From assembly GCA_964359655.1 (NCBI GenBank), contig CAYHVI010000002.1, positions 176 through 64,175 of the forward strand: a stretch of 64,000 nt of DNA, given 5' to 3'. Source of the stretch: an uncultured Candidatus Saccharibacteria bacterium. Its GTDB lineage: Bacteria > Patescibacteriota > Minisyncoccia > Minisyncoccales > UBA10102. A program made the translations under genes and the position numbers. A model generated the notes under the pieces. That model saw only the letters and a program-made list of their open reading frames with translations, searched no databases and was not told the DNA's origin. Of the stretch, positions 39,358 to 46,803 are shown piece by piece; position 1 is the stretch's first letter, and every line of letters begins with the position of its first letter.

Positions 39358-39494
39358 TTTTTTCTCCACTTAAAATTTTGGATTACATTGGGGGGTATTT
39401 AAAAACTCTCAAGGTGCTGCTCCTTTCTGCTTCCTGTGAAAGCTTAAATTTTTAAATGATAGCATCGCATAAAAGTCGTGTCAATAGCTGTAGA

Positions 39495-39522
39495 GAAAGA
39501 CCCCTTTCATGGAGGGTCTTTC
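39495..39522 (-). terminator. Hairpin terminator immediately after rpsP (right border of the island)
   Basis: GAAAGACCCTCCATGAAAGGGGTCTTTC on the minus strand. Confidence 0.65.
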
Positions 39523-39525
39523 TTA

Positions 39526-39894
39526 TTACATTTTTGGGGGTTCTGCGGGGGTTGGGGAAGCTGTGGAAGCTGGTTGTGGCGTTTGTTGCGCCGGCGGTGT
39601 AGGGGTTTCTGTTTTATCCGCTTTCTTTGGTTTCTTGTGTTTATGTATTTTTGAACCCGTCACAATTCCATCTGTAATCAGCATATTATGTACTGTCGGA
39701 GATGGTTTAGCTCCAACAGACATCCAGTATTTTACCCTATCCCCTTTCAAGTTTCGTTGTTTGCTAAGAGGATTGTATATTCCCACTTCCTCGACAAAAC
39801 GGCCTCTGGTAGAAGAGTTTCTTTTGTCTGCGACTACAATCTTAAAAAAAGGTTGATTTCGTCTGCCGACTCTGAATAATCGTATCGTTAGCAT
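39526..39894 (-). CDS. rpsP: Ribosomal protein S16 with a C-terminal extension
   Basis: MLTIRLFRVGRRNQPFFKIVVADKRNSSTRGRFVEEVGIYNPL. Confidence 0.93.
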   Translation of the reverse strand: MLTIRLFRVGRRNQPFFKIVVADKRNSSTRGRFVEEVGIYNPLSKQRNLKGDRVKYWMSVGAKPSPTVHNMLITDGIVTGSKIHKHKKPKKADKTETPTPPAQQTPQPASTASPTPAEPPKM

Positions 39895-39909
39895 TGCTTT
39901 ATTTAATAT

Positions 39910-39975
39910 CCTACGAATTACGAATTTTTGCGAATTTACGAATTCGTATATTCGTACTTATTCGTTATTCGTAGG
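39910..39975. repeat. 66-bp imperfect palindrome built from ~8 TACGAAT/ATTCGTA heptamers between rnc and rpsP
   Basis: CCTACGAATTACGAATttttGCGAATtTACGAATTCGTAtATTCGTActtATTCGTTATTCGTAGG. Confidence 0.8.
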
Positions 39976-39981
39976 GGTGAT

Positions 39982-40674
39982 TTACTTCCAGCCCTTTTCT
40001 GCAAGCGCGTTTTTCGCGGCTGCTTCCTCTGCTTCTTGTTTGGAAGAACCCTCTCCTTCTGCCACAAGTTCTTTATCTAAATATATTCCTATGCGGAAGT
40101 TTTTGGCATGGTCTGGCCCCCATTCTTTCAATACTGTGTACGTGGGAGTAATGCCCATTTTCTCTTGTGCAATTTCCTGGAAACGAGATTTGGCGTCCAA
40201 AAACAATTCTGCCCTTAATACTTCTGCAAGTTTGGAGAGTATATGCTTTGTAATAAATTTCGCGGCATTTTTCAAGCCCTTGTCAAGATATAAGGCGCCG
40301 ATAAAAGCTTCCACGGTATTTGCCAAAATATAGTCTCGCGCTTTACCCTCTTCTTTTGCCTCGCCGTGAGAAAGCATTAAATACTCGTTGAAGCCCAAAT
40401 CGTGGCCAATTAAAGAAAGCATTTTGGTATTTACAAGAGCTGCGCGCCAGGCAGTAAGCTCGCCCTCGGGTTTTTCAGGATGCTCTGTGTATAAATGTTC
40501 TGTAACAACCAACTCGAGCACTGCATCTCCCAGAAATTCGAGGCGTTCATTCTGCGGGAGATGAAAGTCCCGGTTTTCGTTGAGATACGAGCGATGAACA
40601 AACGCTTGCTGGAGTAATTCTTTGTCTTTGAAGGGAAGTTTGAGTTTTGATTCGAGTTGAGAAAAATCAATCAT
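39982..40674 (-). CDS. rnc: Ribonuclease III
   Basis: Signature [16 protein letters not shown] plus a C-terminal dsRBD. Confidence 0.95.
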   Translation of the reverse strand: MIDFSQLESKLKLPFKDKELLQQAFVHRSYLNENRDFHLPQNERLEFLGDAVLELVVTEHLYTEHPEKPEGELTAWRAALVNTKMLSLIGHDLGFNEYLMLSHGEAKEEGKARDYILANTVEAFIGALYLDKGLKNAAKFITKHILSKLAEVLRAELFLDAKSRFQEIAQEKMGITPTYTVLKEWGPDHAKNFRIGIYLDKELVAEGEGSSKQEAEEAAAKNALAEKGWK

Positions 40675-41110
40675 TGGTTTGTTGCGTTGCTTCTAATTCA
40701 CGGAATACGGTGCCGAGCACGCCATTGACGAATTTACCAGACGACTCGCCGCTGAAGTTTTTGGCAAGTTCAATTGCTTCGTTGATTGCCACTTTCGGAG
40801 GCACCTCTTCTTTATTTCCATAGATAAGCTCGTAAAGACCTAAGCGTAAAACATTCCGGTCAACAACGGTAATTTGATCTAAAGGCCATTCAGGCGCTGC
40901 TTTTTCGATAATGGCGTTGAGCTGCTGGAGATTTTCACCAACGCCCGAAGCTAACCGCCTGACAAAATCTTTATTGCCTTCTTCAAGGCCTGGACCGAAT
41001 TCTGTGATATTGCGCTCGACAATTTGTGATAAATCAGATTTTCTACTATAAAAATCCCATTCGTAGAGAGACTGCATTGCTATGGAACGTGCGAGGTGCC
41101 GGCTGGCCAT
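40667..41110 (-). CDS. nusB: Transcription antitermination factor NusB
   Basis: 147 aa. [20 protein letters not shown]... is a typical NusB sequence. Confidence 0.9.
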   Translation of the reverse strand: MASRHLARSIAMQSLYEWDFYSRKSDLSQIVERNITEFGPGLEEGNKDFVRRLASGVGENLQQLNAIIEKAAPEWPLDQITVVDRNVLRLGLYELIYGNKEEVPPKVAINEAIELAKNFSGESSGKFVNGVLGTVFRELEATQQTND

Positions 41111-41189
41111 GTTTTAATGTTGGACTGTTAGATTGCTTGATTGTTGGAGTGTATCATTCTGACATTCGAACATTCCAACATTCAGACAG

Positions 41190-41477
41190 TTATTTCTTCG
41201 ACATTTCTTCAGGATTCAATTCTTTCGATTCACTGGAACCTACCCCTTCTTGTGCTGCCAATTCTTTCTGTTTTTGCTTACGCTCTTTTTTGGTGAGTTT
41301 TGCGAGTACGTCAACTACTTCCCTACCCCGGTACGTACCGCAGTTTTCGCAAAGCGTATGCGGCAAAACCGGCTTGCCACACTTTTTGCAGGCTATCAGT
41401 CTGGGGGTTTTAAGGAAAATGTGCATTCTCCTTTGCCCTTGTCTGGATTTGGAACGATGCCATTTGGGAACGGCCAT
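41190..41477 (-). CDS. rpmF: Ribosomal protein L32 with a C-terminal extension
   Basis: MAVPKWHRSKSRQGQRRMH...CKKCGKPVLPHTLCENCGTY. Confidence 0.92.
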   Translation of the reverse strand: MAVPKWHRSKSRQGQRRMHIFLKTPRLIACKKCGKPVLPHTLCENCGTYRGREVVDVLAKLTKKERKQKQKELAAQEGVGSSESKELNPEEMSKK

Positions 41478-41481
41478 GTTT

Positions 41482-42087
41482 TTACTTTATCAGAAGACTT
41501 GTATATTTGCAAGGGGCGAAGGAGAGGCGGTGGATGGGGCAAGGGCCATATTTTTCGAGCATTTCGAAATGCAAAGGGGTGCCGTATCCCTTATGACGAT
41601 CAAAGCCGTACAGGGGATATTTTTTGTGGTAACGGAGCATAAGCCTATCTCGTGTGACTTTGGCAATAATAGAAGCTGCCATGCAGGAAAATATTGTGGT
41701 ATCTGCTTTTATGATTGCCTTTTGCGGAGCAGAAATATCAATCGTGGACATACCATCAACAATCACAAGATTTGGGTTCAATCCCCTTTTCTCGAGTTTA
41801 CCATTGAGCTGAAGAAAGGCTTTGCGCATCGCAAGCCGCGTTGCCTGGAAGATATTTATCTTGTCGATGAGTTTTTCTGAAACCTTGCCTATCCCCCACT
41901 CTGTTTGGGGGTGAGTGGTGAGAATTTGATATAAATCTTCTCGCCATTGAGGTGTAAGTTTTTTGGAATCAAAATCCCCTACTGCGCGAAACTTTGGCTT
42001 CCCTATTATGCAAAATGCTGCTGCCACAACTGGCCCCGCAAGAGGCCCTCTCCCTGCCTCATCAATTCCAACTATTATTTTTTGCAT
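41482..42087 (-). CDS. rnhB: Ribonuclease HII
   Basis: IVGIDEAGRGPLAGPVVAAA N-terminal catalytic motif. Confidence 0.93.
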   Translation of the reverse strand: MQKIIVGIDEAGRGPLAGPVVAAAFCIIGKPKFRAVGDFDSKKLTPQWREDLYQILTTHPQTEWGIGKVSEKLIDKINIFQATRLAMRKAFLQLNGKLEKRGLNPNLVIVDGMSTIDISAPQKAIIKADTTIFSCMAASIIAKVTRDRLMLRYHKKYPLYGFDRHKGYGTPLHFEMLEKYGPCPIHRLSFAPCKYTSLLIK

Positions 42088-42121
42088 TGAGATATTGTAT
42101 CAAAAGCGTTAGAATCAAGTA

Positions 42122-45100
42122 ATGCCTGTGAAATTCACTCACTTACATGTCCACTCGCATTATTCTCTGCTTGACGGTCTTTCAAAAATAGACCAGCTTT
42201 TAGACAGGGTGAGAGAGCTTGGCATGGATTCGATTGCTTTGACTGATCATGGAAATATTTACGGCGCGGTTGAATTCTACAAAAAAGCCAAAGCACAAGG
42301 AATAAAGCCAATTATTGGGGCTGAAATATATCTCGCGCTTGAGGATATGCACCAGGAGCGTCCTGGGATTGACGACAAAAACTATCACCTTATTGTGTTG
42401 GCAAAAAATGAGCAAGGTTACAAAAATCTTATTAAGATTCTTACTGCAGCGCATCTGGAAGGATTCTACTATAAACCAAGGGTAGACGAGGCGTTTTTGC
42501 GGCAGCATGCAGAAGGGCTCATCGCGCTTTCTGCGTGTCTTGCAGGAAAAATTCCGCAGTTGATTTTAGCCAAGAAAATGAGTGAAGCAGAGAAAACCGC
42601 TTTGCGCTACGAAGAAATTTTTGGCAAAGGGAATTTTTATTTGGAGCTTCAGCGCCACCCCAATATTCCAGAGCAAGCAACAGCAAACAAAGAGCTTATC
42701 GCAATATCCCAGCACACCAGAATTCCTCTTGTTGCCACTGCTGATTCCCATTATTTACAGCCCGAAGATGCCGAAGCACAGGATATTTTAATGCTCATTA
42801 ACACAAATTCCAAACACGATGATCCAGAACGTCTTTCTATGAAGGGAGAGGATTTCTCTTTCAAAAGCGCAGAAGAAATGATAGAACTCTTTAAAGACAT
42901 TCCGGAAGCTTTGGAAAACACGCAGAAAATAGCGGAAACCTGTGCCGTGGAGATCGAACTTGGGAAAAACCTTCTGCCCTCATTTCCTTTGCCAGAAGGG
43001 AAAACGGCCGACGGGTATCTTTTCGAACTTTGCCATAAAGGCTTGAAGGAAAAGGAGCAATATAAAGATTCTAAAGAAGCGCAGGATCGCTTGGAATACG
43101 AGCTTGACGTAATTCGCCAAACTGGTTTTGCCGCCTATTTTTTGATCGTGCATGATTTTGTGAACTGGGCAAAACAAAACCGCATTGTGGTGGGGCCGGG
43201 CCGCGGCTCTGCGGCAGGATCCCTTGCGGCGTACTTGCTCAAAATTACGAACGTGGATCCTATTCGCTACAAACTTTTGTTTGAGCGATTTTTAAATCCA
43301 GAGCGCGTGTCTCTCCCTGATATTGATTTGGATTTTGCGGACACAAGGCGCGATGAGGTCATTGAATATGTTGCCCAAAAATATGGAAGAGATCGCGTGG
43401 CGCAAATTATCACTTTTGGAACGATGGCGGCAAGAGCTGTTTTGCGCGACGTGGGCCGCGCGCTTGGATACGAATATGGATACTGCGACCGAGCGGCGAA
43501 ATTGATTCCTTTTGGCCACTCGCTCCAAGAAGCTTTAGAAAAAGTGGACGAGTTCCAAGAACTTTACAAAACCGATGAGAAGGCAAGGCGCTTGATTGAT
43601 CTTGCAAAAAAACTCGAGGGCGTGGCGCGACACGCGTCCACGCACGCTTGCGGAGTGGTGATTGCCGACGAACCCTTGGATACGCTCGTTCCGTTGCAGC
43701 ATCCTACCCAAAGCGACTCTGCGATTGTTACGCAATATGAAATGCATAGCATAGAAGACATCGGGCTTTTGAAAATGGATTTTCTCGGTTTAAAGAACTT
43801 GAGCATTATTGAAGAAACCCTCAAGCGCATTTACGCAATTCGAGGCAAAAATATTGATATTGATAAAATTTTACTTGACGATCCGAAAGTGTATAAACTT
43901 TTACAGGAAGGCGACAGCACTGGCGTATTTCAGTTGGAAAGCGGAGGAATGCGAAGATATTTGAAAGAATTAGGGCCCACCGAGTTTGAAGACATTATCG
44001 CAATGGTCGCTCTGTATCGGCCGGGGCCCATGGAACTTATTCCAGAGTATATTGCGAGAAAGGCAGGCAAAAAAGAAATTGTGTATTTGCATCCAAAGCT
44101 AGAGCCGATTTTGCACAACACGCAGGGAATTTGCATTTACCAAGAGCAGTTAATGCAAATCGCGCGGGATTTGGCTGGTTTTACCATGGGAGAAGCAGAC
44201 GTTCTTCGCAAAGCAGTGGGTAAAAAAATTGAAAGCTTACTCCTGGAACAAAAAGAAAAAATGGTTTCGGGCATGGTAAACAATGGCATTCATATAAGAG
44301 TCGCAAACCAGTTGTGGGATTGGGTTTTGCCGTTTGCGCACTATGGATTCAATCGCTCTCATAGCGCTTGCTATGCCACAATCGCTTATCAAACCGCGTG
44401 GTTGAAAGCAAACTATCCCTTGGAGTTTATGTCTGCTCTGTTAACTTCTGAAAGAAGTGATATCGAGCGCACTGCTTTCTTGATCGAAGAGACAAGAAAA
44501 ATGGGCATTGAAGTGCTTCCGCCGGATCTCAATGAAAGCTTTGCCTATTTTTCTGCCGTACCCGACAAAAACCAGATTCGTTTCGGCCTCCTGGCTATTA
44601 AAAATGTGGGCGAAGGGATTGTGGCTTCGATTATCAAGGAGCGTAAAACAAGTGGTTCTTATCAGTCCATACAAGATTTTGTGGCGCGCGTGGCAACCAA
44701 AGATTTGAATAAAAAATCAATGGAAAGTTTAATTAAGGCTGGCGTGTTTGACCGGTTTGGAGAAAGAAATCAGCTCTTGAAAAATATGGAAAAACTCTTG
44801 ACCATTGCCAGGGAAAATCAAAAAGCAAAAGCCAATGGCCAGAAAGGATTATTTGATAACCAACCTGAAGGCAGTAATAATCATTCTTCGCTGGTCTTGG
44901 AGCGAGCAGAACCAGCGAAAGAATCAGAACTCTTGGTATGGGAGAAAGAGTTGCTTGGATTGTATGTAACCTCCCATCCGCTTTACGGAATCAAAAATAT
45001 TTTGGAGAGCAGAGCGCTCGCAATTCGCTCGTTGGGAGAGGCAATGGAGGAAATTCAGAATACGCGATTTCGTTTTCAGTTTTCGCGCCAGCGGGAACGT

Positions 45101-45346
45101 TTGCGCATTGGCGGCATTATTTCTTCAATAAAAAAAATTATTACAAAAACTGGTAAACCCATGCTCTTTATGGGTTTGGAAGATTTAACCGACCGCATAG
45201 AGGTGGTCGTGTTTCCTTCGGTAATCGAGCGCTATCCCGCCGCCCTGCAGGAAAATAAAATTGTTTTTATAACCGGCCGCCTTGACCACAGAGACGGCGA
45301 AAAAAAATTCCTCGCCGAAGAGATCGAAGAGATTATCACCACATAA
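42122..45346 (+). CDS. dnaE: DNA polymerase III alpha subunit
   Basis: 1074 aa. PHP domain (FTHLHVHSHYSLLDG), palm/fingers, and OB-fold C-terminus. Confidence 0.96.
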   Translation: MPVKFTHLHVHSHYSLLDGLSKIDQLLDRVRELGMDSIALTDHGNIYGAVEFYKKAKAQGIKPIIGAEIYLALEDMHQERPGIDDKNYHLIVLAKNEQGYKNLIKILTAAHLEGFYYKPRVDEAFLRQHAEGLIALSACLAGKIPQLILAKKMSEAEKTALRYEEIFGKGNFYLELQRHPNIPEQATANKELIAISQHTRIPLVATADSHYLQPEDAEAQDILMLINTNSKHDDPERLSMKGEDFSFKSAEEMIELFKDIPEALENTQKIAETCAVEIELGKNLLPSFPLPEGKTADGYLFELCHKGLKEKEQYKDSKEAQDRLEYELDVIRQTGFAAYFLIVHDFVNWAKQNRIVVGPGRGSAAGSLAAYLLKITNVDPIRYKLLFERFLNPERVSLPDIDLDFADTRRDEVIEYVAQKYGRDRVAQIITFGTMAARAVLRDVGRALGYEYGYCDRAAKLIPFGHSLQEALEKVDEFQELYKTDEKARRLIDLAKKLEGVARHASTHACGVVIADEPLDTLVPLQHPTQSDSAIVTQYEMHSIEDIGLLKMDFLGLKNLSIIEETLKRIYAIRGKNIDIDKILLDDPKVYKLLQEGDSTGVFQLESGGMRRYLKELGPTEFEDIIAMVALYRPGPMELIPEYIARKAGKKEIVYLHPKLEPILHNTQGICIYQEQLMQIARDLAGFTMGEADVLRKAVGKKIESLLLEQKEKMVSGMVNNGIHIRVANQLWDWVLPFAHYGFNRSHSACYATIAYQTAWLKANYPLEFMSALLTSERSDIERTAFLIEETRKMGIEVLPPDLNESFAYFSAVPDKNQIRFGLLAIKNVGEGIVASIIKERKTSGSYQSIQDFVARVATKDLNKKSMESLIKAGVFDRFGERNQLLKNMEKLLTIARENQKAKANGQKGLFDNQPEGSNNHSSLVLERAEPAKESELLVWEKELLGLYVTSHPLYGIKNILESRALAIRSLGEAMEEIQNTRFRFQFSRQRERLRIGGIISSIKKIITKTGKPMLFMGLEDLTDRIEVVVFPSVIERYPAALQENKIVFITGRLDHRDGEKKFLAEEIEEIITT

Positions 45347-45354
45347 AACAAAGA

Positions 45355-45528
45355 GCGAGACTGTGAAGTCTCGCCGTTGGACACATCGAGCAAGCTCGTT
45401 GTGTCCTAAATGCGGTATTGGAAGGTTTCTCCGAGAGAAACCTTTGCAACCGCTTTGATGCGAAAGAACGGGGATAGAGACTGTGGTCCTCCTGGACTTA
45501 TGATATGCCAGGGCTTCAATCTCTTCTT
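45355..45528 (-). ncRNA. Candidate small RNA: consensus promoter to bidirectional terminator, no convincing ORF
   Basis: Promoter TTGACA (45558-45563), 17 nt, TATAAT (45535-45540). Three hairpins (GGAAGGTTTCTC/GAGAAACCTT, GGACACA/TGTGTCC, GCGAGAC/GTCTCGC followed by TCTTTGTTTT). Only a TTG-initiated 37-codon frame is present. Confidence 0.4.
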
Positions 45529-45640
45529 GCAGCCATTATAGTATCTCGCAAAAATCTTGTCAATACCCCAACTTAAGCTCAAATAAGGCAGAGATGAGCT
45601 TATTCCGCCTTAAAAATCAAAGAGCGCTCTTCCATTAAGG

Positions 45641-45952
45641 TTAAGCGCTCTTTATGTGAACCACAAGGGTCCTTATCGGTTCGCCCCTTATACAGGCGGC
45701 GAATGTGCGATGGGAACCATCCAGCATTATCTTATGGCCTGGAATGGACCCCACCACTATTGTGGGGATATCTCCGGCAAGGAACTTTCTTACTCTTTGG
45801 ATATCCCCAGGTTGAGGGTCAGGATATACTTCCTCAACCTTACGGCCGAGAAACTCTGGGCGAGCAGAGTGATTCTCAATCTCCAGAAAATCTTCGGGAG
45901 ATAAGAATGTTACTCTGCTATCGTTCTCGGCGACTCGATCCACGCCTCCCAT
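45641..45952 (-). CDS. ParB-like nuclease (ParBc/sulfiredoxin-fold) domain protein
   Basis: ...IPTIVVGSIPGHKIMLDGSHRTFAACIRGEPIRTLVV resembles the DGxHR ParB-like core. The start is uncertain (45952 ATG or 46015 GTG). It overlaps the upstream ORF. Confidence 0.5.
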   Translation of the reverse strand: MGGVDRVAENDSRVTFLSPEDFLEIENHSARPEFLGRKVEEVYPDPQPGDIQRVRKFLAGDIPTIVVGSIPGHKIMLDGSHRTFAACIRGEPIRTLVVHIKSA

Positions 45953-46068
45953 GAAATAGGAGGCGCGCCGTACGTGGGAACGACATGGTCCCTGTATGTC
46001 CCATGCGCGTTCCACAACACCTGGGGGTCAACCCCCAGACGTTGAGCTAGGATCTCGTCCTTGTCCAT
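45910..46068 (-). CDS. Hypothetical 52-aa ORF overlapping the ParB-like ORF in another frame
   Basis: SD AGGAGG, 7 nt, ATG. Translation: MDKDEILAQRLGVDPQVLWNAHGTYRDHVVPTYGAPPISWEAWIESPRTIAE. Confidence 0.45.
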   Translation of the reverse strand: MDKDEILAQRLGVDPQVLWNAHGTYRDHVVPTYGAPPISWEAWIESPRTIAE

Positions 46069-46095
46069 AAGGCTACCTCCTTTCATGTTGAGCTC

Positions 46096-46141
46096 ATTAT
46101 AGCATATAGATATTGACATGTCAATGGCAATATGCTATAAT
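46096..46141. promoter_or_regulatory. Back-to-back perfect-consensus divergent promoters sharing a palindromic -35 (TTGACATGTCAA)
   Basis: Plus strand: TTGACA (46113-18), 17 nt, TATAAT (46136-41). Minus strand: TTGACA (46119-24), 17 nt, TATAAT (46096-46101). Confidence 0.7.
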
Positions 46142-46147
46142 GCAGCC

Positions 46148-46345
46148 AGGAAAAAGGCAATTTAAAGCCTTAAAACTCCTTAAGATCGGCTTCATGCCAT
46201 GTTCTTTTCAATAGCTCTTTCTTCGCATCAGGCGGTGCAAATGCTCTTGATCTTCTAAGAGCATTCCAATTACCGCATAAGGGTAGCCCTCAAAAGCTGT
46301 CTTACCCAACCCCTGCATGTCAAGTGATATCGCAGGGTTTCTCAT
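46148..46345 (+). ncRNA. Candidate ~200-nt small RNA from the plus-strand consensus promoter to a rho-independent terminator
   Basis: No plus-strand ORF longer than 7 codons. Hairpins AATGCTCTT/AAGAGCATT and CCCTGC...GCAGGG, the latter followed by TTTCTCATTTTT. Confidence 0.4.
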
Positions 46346-46393
46346 TTTTAGTTGGCACTTGACGGAAGCCTACGGCGTTTGCTACAATAGTAA

Positions 46394-46615
46394 ATGAAAT
46401 GGGGAGAGTTTGTTGCCGAATTATCGCATCCACAGATTAAGGCAATTTCAGAGATTTCGAGGGATATCGGGCAAGTTTGCTTGGCGTCAGTCGTGATTCC
46501 CTTTTTGGTCCCGCAATTCAGTCCCGATCGAGTAGCAGCGATTATTGTTGGTTTGAGTATTGCCTTTGGTGCATGGATTATGAGCATTCATTTAGTAAAG
46601 AATATCTATGACTAG
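46394..46615 (+). CDS. Hypothetical small membrane protein, 73 aa (leaderless)
   Basis: Promoter TTGACG, 18 nt, TACAAT, with the ATG 5 nt after the -10 box. Two TM segments. Confidence 0.5.
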   Translation: MKWGEFVAELSHPQIKAISEISRDIGQVCLASVVIPFLVPQFSPDRVAAIIVGLSIAFGAWIMSIHLVKNIYD

Positions 46616-46803
46616 TTTTATGTTATTTTATGTGGCGATGGGGGTTGTGCTTTTGGCATTTGCCATACTGACACATTCTATCGTAACCACGCGAAATAGG
46701 GACAAAGAAGGCCACCAAAAAAACGGTTAATTTTTGACTATAGAGACTTCCTAGCTGACCTCCCCTTCCTTAGGGGAGGTCTTGTTTTCAAGTTCCTTTA
46801 TTT

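Noticed and set aside
30069-39525. Integron-type cassette array (CALIN) interpretation of the island
   Set aside because: There is no intI. The cassettes carry their own promoters. I could not find paired R''/R' (RYYYAAC/GTTRRRY) attC cores at the cassette ends, only a single GCCTAAC next to one stop codon.
41026-41880. 284-aa plus-strand ORF
   Set aside because: It runs antisense across nusB, rpmF and rnhB, all of which have unmistakable products on the minus strand.
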